NCBI RefSeq assembly: GCF_006345805.1 | Contig: NC_043015.1 | Coordinates: 34,162,001-34,226,000, forward strand | Direction: 5' to 3' | Source: Octopus sinensis | Taxonomy: Eukaryota | DNA length: 64,000 bases | Part shown: piece after piece, positions 53,964 to 64,000 of the stretch | Layout: every line of letters begins with the position of its first letter | Numbering within the stretch: the stretch's first letter is position 1 | The notes under the pieces: generated by a model | The model's input: only the letters and a program-made list of their open reading frames with translations | Told to the model about the DNA's origin: nothing | Database searches by the model: none | Position numbers and translations under genes: made by a program

Positions 53964-54228
53964 AAAAAAAAAAAAAAGAAAAAGAAAAAAGAAAGAATTA
54001 CACTGGAATTAAACCCCAAACCATGGGGCTGGGAAGCAAGCTTTTTATCACAAAGCCACGATTGCATATCTTTTGAAATATGAAGCGAAAGTTTCAAGGA
54101 ACCGCTTATCCTTAACTTTTGTGATTTAAAAATATTTATGAACGACACCTTTTTAATCGGAAGTTTCCTTCAAACTTGCATTTCATTTCAAAAAAAAATT
54201 ATATATATACATACATACATACATACAT

Positions 54229-54354
<126 letters not shown>

Positions 54355-56259
54355 GTGTATACACGATCGCCTTTATTGCGTTGTCCATGCTTATTATATT
54401 TCTCCAGTTGCCTTATTTCCAAAACAGTTGTTATGTAAATTCAATGGCCACTTTTCATGAAGCGAAAGGTTATTTCACGTGGCAGCCATTTTGAATCATT
54501 TGTAAATCTTTTATTTAATTTTATATAGAGTGATTATAAAGGCTGTTATAAAAGAGCCAAGCTCCCCAGCTTTTTGTAAACATGTGTTAGAAAATCGATA
54601 GAATGTTGACAACAGAATGTTAGTGGAGATGCTCGAGTCAACAAAGCAGCTTCTATGTAGTCCCTGGATTTACTAGAAACAACAGCCAAATCTTTCTCTC
54701 TTAATTCCCCCACTATTGTCCTAAAAAGTAGGAAATACACATTGAATAAAGGGATTATAGATATTTTTCGGTTGACCACAAATGGAACGCCTTTTAGTAT
54801 TGGCCTGCTTGAGAAAGGAGGGGCAGGTGCTAAGTAAAATTTCTCACCGTCACTTTCTCTACCTTTCTCTTTTCTACTACTACAACTACTACTACTGCTA
54901 CTGCTGCTGCTGCTGCTGCTACTGCTACGACGACGACAACAACGCCGATGGTAACTGTTATTGCTACAAACCAACCACGTCATTCGACCTACAAAATCTG
55001 CCCGAAATTCTAACCTACAATCTTAAAATTAAAGAATATCGCAGCAGGTGCAGAATTACTGAATTCTCCAAATACAGAGTAGGGTAATCACGTGTTTTGG
55101 TCGTCGTTACTGATAACAGTTTTTTTTTTTCACTTGTGTACATCATAAGAGTTCAACCTATTACGATGTAATATCTGATCAGGTGATGTCTTCATTGTTT
55201 TTAACATTATCACCTGTCGTGATTTCTACCATGTTTACCTATCTCCTAGAACACTTCCGCTTCTTTTGCAACTGATGCCGCAATGATTCCAGTCTTCATT
55301 TGCTTTTATTTTACGTAACTTAGGTAAAGTAGTTCGGTGCCGGAGTCGAATTGTTTTAGTACAAACAATCGTTGTTGCTTTCATACAAAAGGATTCTTCG
55401 CAACTTTGTAAGTTGCGAAGTTTCTACCCTTTCATATCCTATTCTTTGTTTTTATATTTCCATAATATTTGTCACCCTTTTTCCGGCTGTGTCGTTTCCT
55501 TATTCATTTTATTAAAGACAAATATACTATTTCTCTTATTTTCTAACTGTAACTTTGCTTTTCGTTTCTTTGTTTAGATTTTGATATTCATAAATAGGGA
55601 GCATAAATATATGAGGGAGAACCCATTTTCCATTGTAAATATAGTTCCATATATCATTTCGTGTAATCTAGTGACATTGATGTTCGTGTCCATTTTCCAT
55701 TAAGCAAGCGATAGCTAAAATTAAATGCTTCTGTTGTTGGAGTTTATTGTTGAGTTTTATTCCTCGAAGGTATTTCATGGGTCCAGAGGGACACCTTGCG
55801 ATCGGTTTAGCTTTTTAAAATTATCTTCACTTTAGATGATTGTCATGTTCCTGTTTAGATTATTGACATTTTTATCGTTAGAAGTTCCTATTCAGAAAAA
55901 TTCTAATCTCATTCCTGCGTGTGTTGTTTTGTTTATTTGCTCAACTTTTTTTCTGGCTTCTTATTTGTGTTTTCGTAACGGTTTCTATGAATTCTATTTC
56001 GATTTCCTGATTGACTTAAATAATTTCACTTCTCACGTTAGCAAGTCTAATAAGATGTACCATTAGGATCAGACGAGTGTTATTTAGTTTTTATATTTGA
56101 TATAAGAAAATTGACATAGTTTCGCTTTTTGGGTAGAGCGAGGAAAGTATTTATCCCATGTTCATTTCCGTATTTTCCTTTTTCATTCACAGACCTGGCG
56201 GAGTAAAATTGGGTATTTTATTTGGATTATTATTTTTGCCGGGTTTCGGTTTGTTTTTT

Positions 56260-58150
56260 GATGAGGTCAAATTTTGCACCTTTCTTTTCCATATTTCCAC
56301 AACAATTATGCGTCACTGTAGCAGCTCTCCACCTCATTGTCATATCGCTCGTGTTCTGAAGAATGGAGTCAAAGTCTTCACCATTCTAAATCTGAATGCT
56401 CGTGTCAATACAATGAAGTTAGATTCGACTCTCCTCTAAAGTTGTCCTGCATCTCATCCACCAAAATCTCATCTCCTTAATACAGTAAATCGCATAGAAC
56501 AGCGATCAGTTTTACACAGCGTGCATATATTGATTCCTCACTGAGATAATTTCTTTTCTCTTCTCACGTAGATTAAATTCCTGCTGTTAGATTCATATCA
56601 AGCAAATCTTCATCACATTAGCTGCAGGCACCGGCCTTTGATAAGCAACCAAATGCAAAAATATGCATTAATTGCATTCCGAAACGAAATAACTCTGACT
56701 CTAAATAGACTATAATGCATAACGCTCCCAGTAAAACTCTTGATTGTTCGGTTATTCCACGAATATGCAGCAACGTTTTTCTTCACAAGTGTTTCACTCC
56801 ACATGCGAATGTTTAGAATTCGCTCTAAAGGAGACAGCTTTTATCTTTCCGAAATTTCTCGAAGCGGTAAGTCTCGCTATAGGGCTAATGAAGAGAGTAG
56901 CTTGAGCAAGCCATTATATGATGCTTTCAAGTGAAGAATTCGGATGCCATTATTGATTAATTTTCACTATTTCAGCGATATTTTAAATAGAATAACAAAA
57001 TTTAACATTTGGAATGGATGCTGTTATTGGGTCTGCATGGATTAAGGTATAAAGGCTTTTATATAAGAGCATACATTATACTTTCTATAAATCTTGGGAC
57101 GCAATACATTATAATTTCTTTAAATTAATGCTGGAATTATAAACCTTAACTCGAACACACTGGTCTGACAAATGATTTCGATTATGTTAATTCTCATTCA
57201 ACTTGAATAACATCAATCATAACCACAGATACTTTTTAATTCGACGACGACGAATCTGTCATCTTTTGAATTGGACGAAGAGCATTTGGCATGCAGTACC
57301 TTACCTTACCATTTATTATGCAGCTCTGAGATTCCATTTCATTTTGCTTGTATTTCCACAGTGGATTCGTCTATGTCTTCTCGCTGCTCCTCGGTCTCGG
57401 TGATCTTTAATTCCTTTACATATTTCTCTGCTTCTCGGGATATCAGTGTGATTTCTTAGCACTTTTTATACTTGCAGACAAGTTTAAGTCTGCAGTCAGT
57501 AGTTTTCTGTAGATAGCTGTATAACCCAATAGCCGTTGTCTTCAGAGGCTGTGCGGCTACATCAGCCCTCGTCCTCCATCTTTTCGTGAGATGTTTTAAT
57601 CTGTTTATATCTACTAACAGGTAATTCATGTAGTGAGAAATTTCTGTATTTTTGTATTAATTTTACTTATATTGTTGATGGACTGTTTTATGATATTAAA
57701 GTTGTTAATCACCACAAGGTATAACCAAGATATTGTTGGCATCAATCATGTTTCTCGCTTCAAGTTCGAGTTTTAGGACAGCTCTAACTCAACGATAGCA
57801 TTCTTTCCTCGTCCTCCTCCCTTTCCTCCTCCTCCTTCTCCTCCTCCTCCTCATCATCATCATCACCTTCCTTATCACTGCTTTACAGATGGGATTTGAC
57901 TGGTGCATTTTATTGTTATCGTGTCACTTCTTGTGATCTCAGGTATCTGGGAATCTTCTCATGTTCTCACTGTCCCTAATAAACACGGTTTCTGAAGTAG
58001 TGTTGTGTTGACTTCAAACACGTTCTTCTTCATCAATACTCTCCCCAATCTGATGGTCATTCTACCGAGTGACCTTACTATGATAATTATTACACAAACC
58101 TTCCTGTAATTCCAATCTGCACTTATTAGTCTTATCTGTTTCCTTTTCAC
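56260..58150 (-). pseudogene. Ancient R4/Dong-like LINE relic
   Basis: Around 57500-57790 the minus strand gives RAVLKLELEARNMIDANNILVIP, KINTKIQKFLT, DGGRGLM, KTTAIGLYSYL, matching the order of motifs at 29304-29560; outer limits uncertain. Confidence 0.6.
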
Positions 58151-58199
58151 TCACTGTGCTACGAAAACAATATGGCACATCGATCAACAGACAGTTTCT

Positions 58200-58497
58200 C
58201 TTTCCCAGGTTTCCAGAGGTGAATTATTCAAACCCCCAAGGATTCCTTCTCAACACATGGCTATGATGCTCCCCCACTATTTCTGCTGGTGATCAGAGAT
58301 GCACATATTATCACCCACGAAGGGACATGCTCAACTAGTTATGGTCAAACAATTGACAAGCAAATCTATGGTATTGAGCAGAATATTTGCTGTAGCCCCG
58401 TGTTTTACTCTCCAAGACAAAACATGTACATAGTAACACTTCTAATCAGTTAAGATCAGAAGCCATACGAGCCAGTGCGTGGTACTGCATCAGGGCA
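58200..58497. repeat. Unclassified octopus interspersed repeat abutting (TTA)n
   Basis: Higher-complexity 300-bp block ending gtactgcatcagggca at a 115-bp (TTA)n; recognised from memory as a recurrent octopus repeat, single copy here. Confidence 0.35.
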
Positions 58498-58616
<119 letters not shown>

Positions 58617-58664
58617 GGTACAAGGCCGGAAATATTGGAGGAGGTGGCTAATTGCTGTTGTTGT

Positions 58665-58790
58665 TGTTAAGGGATGTGGATTTGCGGTATTTCTTCCGGC
58701 TCTTAAAGTTCCGAGTTCGACATTGACTTTCATCCCTCCGTGTTCGACAAAATAAAGGACCAGTATCAATTATTAGGATTAAGGTAATCC
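58665..58790 (+). mobile_element. SINE family B, degraded
   Basis: gcggtatttcttccggctcttaaagttccgagttc..ttgactttcatccctccgtgttcgacaaaataaaggaccagt. Confidence 0.6.
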
Positions 58791-59559
58791 ACTAAAACTC
58801 TCCTGCCAAAAATGCTGGTCTTGTGTCTAAATTAGAAACAATTCTTATAATTATTATTAAAATTTCAGTTAACGTTCAAGCAATGCAGCACTTATACAGA
58901 GTTTAAGAAAACCATGTTATACGCTGTTGAAGTAAATTCTGTTCCAGGATAGAAAGGCATTTCTATCGTAGTATATTATTTCTGTAGATACTGACATCTC
59001 AAAGGTCGTTTTATTCCACATCATTCATGTTCACTGAGACCAATGATATAGTGATATGTCACAATGGATATAGTGATATCTCACAATACACCAAGTCGTT
59101 CCTCTTATGTCAGCTTTCACAACCCCGCACAGGAGAATGCTATGGCAAGTAACAGAAAAATGGATCAAAATACTTTAAGTTCCCAATTAACTGCTTTACG
59201 TCCGTTTCACGTGGCTGGGATATAGAAGAGTGCACATGTGATATGAAGATTGCCTGAATAGTCCCTTGACCTTCTAGAAATAAGAGTCAATTTACCACAG
59301 ATCTCACTTTACCATCTTAAGATATATGAAAGACACATTGATGATGGAGTCCTTGATATAGAAACAGGCTGGTGAAGGTTTGGACGCTTTAGATTATAAG
59401 TCATCTTGATTGGAGATGATGGGCGCTAAAAAACAACAACAACAACAACAACGACGACGAAAAGATTGACCAGTAAAACCGATCCAAATATTCTGGAAGC
59501 AAATGACTTTCCTCGCAACTGAAATCAAAATCATTTTTAGAATTCACTGAAAGTCAACG

Positions 59560-59620
59560 TAACTTCCGTCTTAGGCTACATGGCGGCCATTTGACGTCAT
59601 ATCTTGTTACTATAGCAACA
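59560..59620. promoter_or_regulatory. Compact promoter-like module: ETS, opposed YY1-like sites, CRE, RFX X-box
   Basis: ACTTCCG 59562-59568; ATGGCGGCCATTT 59580-59592; TGACGTCA 59592-59599; GTTACTATAGCAAC 59606-59619 fits RYYNYY-N2-RRNRAC. Confidence 0.55.
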
Positions 59621-59825
59621 GTGTCTGACACTTGACAATTTAGTCTAATTCTTTCTCTCTCTCTCTCTCTCTCTCACTCTCTCTTTCTCTCTCTCTCTAT
59701 CTTTCTCACTCTCTTACTCACTCGTTCTGTATATATGTATACATATATACGTACACACACACTTATAAATATACATATATATACATATATACATACATAT
59801 ATATGTGTATATATATATGCATACG

Positions 59826-59858
<33 letters not shown>

Positions 59859-60377
59859 CACATATATATATATACTTATTGCTCCAAATGGAGAACCGAC
59901 AACTGATGAAGGGTCATTCTTTGTATTACTTGCCCTTTTCTCTCTCGTTATTTGCGTATTTAACTCATTTGTTTTCTTATTTCATGTTACTTACTGTATG
60001 TGTGTGTGTGTGTAGTGTGTGTGTGGGGGGATTTCTTGCGCATAACCCCCTACACACATACACATACACCTCTCCCTTCTTTTTCTCCCTCATATTCATT
60101 GTTCTGTCATTCTTTTGTTTCAATTAGTTTACTTCATTCAACCCTAGCTTTTGAAATTTCCTCTTCTTCCCCCGCCTCATTCTTCTTTCTAATCTACCAC
60201 CTCCAACTGTAGTCACTGACATTCTGTTCTACTTTTACGATTCCATCATCTTGCATTTATCATCTGCTGTCTCCCATCGTTACTATTTGTTTTTACATGA
60301 ACCCTAAAAATATTTCTTTTCATTTAACTTCATTAAAGCTCTATCCCCTTATGTCAGCTTATTGCTTTCAGCCAATG

Positions 60378-60419
<42 letters not shown>

Positions 60420-61113
60420 ACACACACACAATCACATGCACACACCAGTAGCCTATAGACCATATGGACAAATTAGCATGTTACTATTTAAATCGATAAA
60501 CATTATATACATTAATATACACTAAAACTTGATTTTAGGTTTCGTACCTTAAACAGCATCATTAGCGGTAGAAAGGATATGTTTAAAGATTCGGTTGCTT
60601 CAATAATATATGGGACGATTACTGCAAAAAGAAAAGAAACAATGCATCGCCAATAAAATAGGAGCAGTAATAATACCGTGAGGCTGAAAGAGAAATTTCG
60701 TTCGCGTAAAACTGTGCTCAACAAAATGTAAGATTTGAGATAAATTATGAAAAACGTGCGAAATGGGAAATCAGCGCTAAAATCAGGGCATCGAATAATA
60801 TATATTGATTTTATTGTCACCTGATTTTAATGACTCTGTTTTTTTGTATTTTTGTATCATTGTTTACATTGTTTGAACATATATGTTTGTGTGTATGCAT
60901 GCATGTATAAATACATACACACACACACACGCACGCACACACACACACACATACAGATATTCACATGCATATTCACGAAGAAGACAAAGTTCAAAAGATC
61001 ATTTACGGGTGGCATACAAGAAGGAACTCAAAGCAAAAGATCTGAGGGTCACGATTTTAATCCTTAACCGTTGAGTCTGATAAAATATATTTTATCGGAT
61101 TCATGGTTATGGA

Positions 61114-61213
<100 letters not shown>

Positions 61214-61359
61214 ATATATATATATATGTAATTTTATAATTCTAAGCATAATTATAATTAGGGTTCAGCAAATTGCTTCACCACATACCGAAATTTAGAA
61301 ATAGCAATTAAATACTTATATATGTATGTGTATATGTGTGTGTATGTATACATACCCAC

Positions 61360-61650
61360 ATATCATCGTCGTTGTCATCATCATCCTCATCATCATCATC
61401 ATCATCATTTAACATACGCTTTTCATGGTGTCATGGGTTGGTCAGTTTGACAGGGACTGGCTAAGCAGAAGACTGCACCAGGCTTCAGTGTTTTGGCATG
61501 GTTTTTACGGCTCGATCCCCTTGCTGACACCAACCACCTTATAGAGTGGACTGAGTGCTTTTTACGTGGCACCAGCACCGGCGACGCCTGTTTTGGCATT
61601 GTTTTTACACCAACCACTTTACAGTGTGGACTGGATGCACCAGCACTGGT
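61360..61650 (-). mobile_element. SINE/LINE-like 3' segment with (GAT)n tail and internal duplication
   Basis: (CAT)n then ttaacatacgcttttcatgg..catgggttgg; duplicated tgttttggcat.gtttttac and caccaaccac.tta.ag.gtggactg blocks. Confidence 0.55.
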
Positions 61651-62545
61651 GGGTGGGGGTGGGGGGTCACTAAATAACTTGCAAGACGAAAGATCTTTTT
61701 AAAGAAATATTTCGCAACACAAGGTTGCAATTTTTGATCCATAGTATATGAATTCCGAATTTATAACTTTAAGAGCTATGCCATTTTCTTCAAAGCATTC
61801 TGAAATGATCAAATGTGATTAAAGTAGCGAATCTTAAATGCCCTCCCCACCCAACCCGTCATACTAGAGTAGCGATGGTTTAAGAATTTGAAATCATATT
61901 TCCACTATAGAAACAGGAATCATCCTGGCATTCCAATAAGGATGCATGAATCTCTATTTACAGATAATGTTATTTGCTCATGAATTATTAAGTTTATTTT
62001 CTATCGATAAAATGCTTTTATTTTGGGGTGTGCCATCTGAAAGTAACCTTAAAAATATATTTTCCTATATTTACAGGTCTGTGGGAAAGTATCTATGGAG
62101 ATCTGAAGCAGTTTTGGATACATAATATTGAATGTTTAATGAAAAAGTGGTTTAAAAGTCAAACGAGATGTTTGCAACATGTTGCCATGGACATCGAATG
62201 CCATTGAAGGATCGTTATATGGTTAATATTTTTTCGTTCAAAATCCATCGCGAATTTTATAATTATATGAAAAACGCAATTTATTTACGAACAGTTGTTT
62301 TGTTAGCATTTTTCATTGAAGACCCATCTAAAATATTTATCATTCAGTTTAAAAGGGCATTTAAGACACATCACTATGGATACTGAATATTAATATAAAT
62401 AAACGTTATTTGAATAAAATTGATTATTATCCATCTGAAGATGGTGTGCATCGGCATGAAACTTAACGATTATATATATATGCATGTGTGTGTGTGAGAG
62501 AGAGAGCGAGAGAGAGAGAGAGTGTGTGTGTGTGAGTGTGTGTGT

Positions 62546-62583
<38 letters not shown>

Positions 62584-62612
62584 TTGTGTGTGTGTATGTG
62601 TGTGTGTGTGTA

Positions 62613-62643
<31 letters not shown>

Positions 62644-62658
62644 TGTGTGTGTGTGTGT

Positions 62659-62775
62659 GTGAAGACGCATGGTCCTGTGGTTAGGGTGTTGCACTCACGA
62701 TCGCGAGATCGTGGTTTCAAATCTTAGAGCAGGTGGTGGGTTGAGTTTTTGAGCAAAACACTTCATCTCACGTTT
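62659..62775 (+). mobile_element. SINE family C head
   Basis: gtgaagacgcatggtcctgtggttagggtgttgcactcacgatc..gagcaaaacacttcatctcacgtt aligns to 44210-44320. Confidence 0.65.
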
Positions 62776-62859
62776 AGGCCACGGGCTAGGGTGGGTCATG
62801 GTGCAACCCACTTGTGATTTACTTTAATGGGTATTTTCATGTAGAAAAATTATGTTGCC

Positions 62860-63450
62860 AGAAAAAAAAAACTGGGATGGAAGATACCCCCATGGGTTTT
62901 TTAACCACGCTCAATCTTGAAGGAACACATCCAGCTATGCAGAGCGCAAGAACAGGGCAGAGATCACTGAAATTAGTGCTCGAGCAAGCTCTTCCAGAGT
63001 GTTACATGGGAAAACGCAAGTTTTCACAATTTGAGGTAGTCAATAAGTTGATTGATGATGATGAGAGAGCGATTGCGAGAGAAATGCAAAGAAATCTTCC
63101 CTGGATCATCGTTCGCCTGCACAGTGCTGTTAGAAAGCAGAGAGTGTCCGGCTGGGGAGGAAATATGTTTCACTGACTGGAGATGCTCTTGTACAACTGA
63201 CAACCATTGAGTATTATCCGATCATACCTCACCCAATCACAGACATCAGAGTCATACAGGATTGCCCAAAGTACTTAGAAGAAGCTTCACGAGAAGTTGG
63301 ACAGCATTTTGTCATCTTTACATTTGACGTGTGTATGGAAGCGTTCCTGCTACTATGGAGCAATACACGCCGGTATGAGGACAACATCATCATGATTGGA
63401 ACATTCCATCTAGCCTGTGATTATCTGAAGATGTTGGAGAAGAAGATGGA
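62860..63450 (+). pseudogene. Frameshifted fragment of a large uncharacterised metazoan transposon-like protein (TFD...GxFH family, possibly DUF6589-like)
   Basis: ..NLPWIIVRLHS..QRVSGWGG / frameshift ~63170 / SLTGDALVQLTTIEYYPIIPHPITDIRVIQDCPKYLEEASREVGQHFVIFTFDVCMEAFLLLWSNTRRYEDNIIMIGTFHLACDYLKMLEKKM; family recalled, not searched. Confidence 0.55.
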
Positions 63451-64000
63451 TATACGAAGGAATCCATCTTATATATTTATAGATATAGAAAGCGTCGTAT
63501 ATCTATAAATATAAAAAAGAGGTGTTTACAACGTGGGACAGTGGTCTTTGAAGTAAAAGTATGTTACACAGCTCTATGTAGCAAACACTTTGAGTGATCC
63601 TGCAAAAGAAAACGAACATTTTGTGAAGCATTACATTCGTATAACTTCTATGAAAGTTTGTCAGGGTTTGATCAATTGCTTGTGAGCTATCACACCGATG
63701 AATTACTGTTGGTATGGAGATGCGAGATGATTGTGTGAGTCTGTAAAGTATTGTCGGATGATGGGAGGGGGTGTAAAATGACATAGGATGATGTCACATA
63801 ATGATGTGGCGGGTTATGGTGATGCAATAACATTGGCGGATGTTGGATGATTGGAATGGTAAGTTGACATAACCAAAGTTGAGCATCTCTGATATAATAT
63901 TATATACCGTGGCTATAAAGAGTCTGCCGAGACACTAAATCATAAACAATATTTGCCGAAATTAAAATATCACCACCGTCCTCGCTACCATCGCTGATCT

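Noticed and set aside
58250-58497. HDV-like ribozyme at the end of the (TTA)n-adjacent repeat
   Set aside because: Only 5-6-bp complementarities; P3, P1.1, P4 and J4/2 of the HDV fold could not be placed

Overview
Repeat-dominated eukaryotic DNA, almost certainly from an octopus (coleoid cephalopod), judged from the tRNA-derived SINEs, the dense (TA)n/(TACA)n/(TAA)n/(TATC)n microsatellites and the LINE types. No intact, nameable host protein-coding gene was found, and most ORFs in the supplied track are microsatellite artefacts. Recognisable elements: three Tc1-family DNA transposon relics, several R4/Dong-like restriction-endonuclease LINE fragments mostly abutting (TAA)n arrays, an RTE LINE nested in a SINE, L1/Tx1-like pieces, a Helitron Pif1 fragment, a frameshifted relic of a large uncharacterised transposon-like protein, and about 20 SINE copies in three families (A/B/C are my labels). 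The most interesting signals are: (i) minimal type-I hammerhead-ribozyme-like motifs in Penelope-type short repeats, one in a TSD-flanked 194-bp insert and one in a 65-bp fold-back carrying a hammerhead-like motif in each polarity; (ii) a second ~150-nt rod-like fold-back; (iii) two compact promoter-like motif clusters (ETS-YY1-CRE-RFX X-box, and YY1-CRE-CRE). All family assignments come from motif recognition by eye, not database searches.
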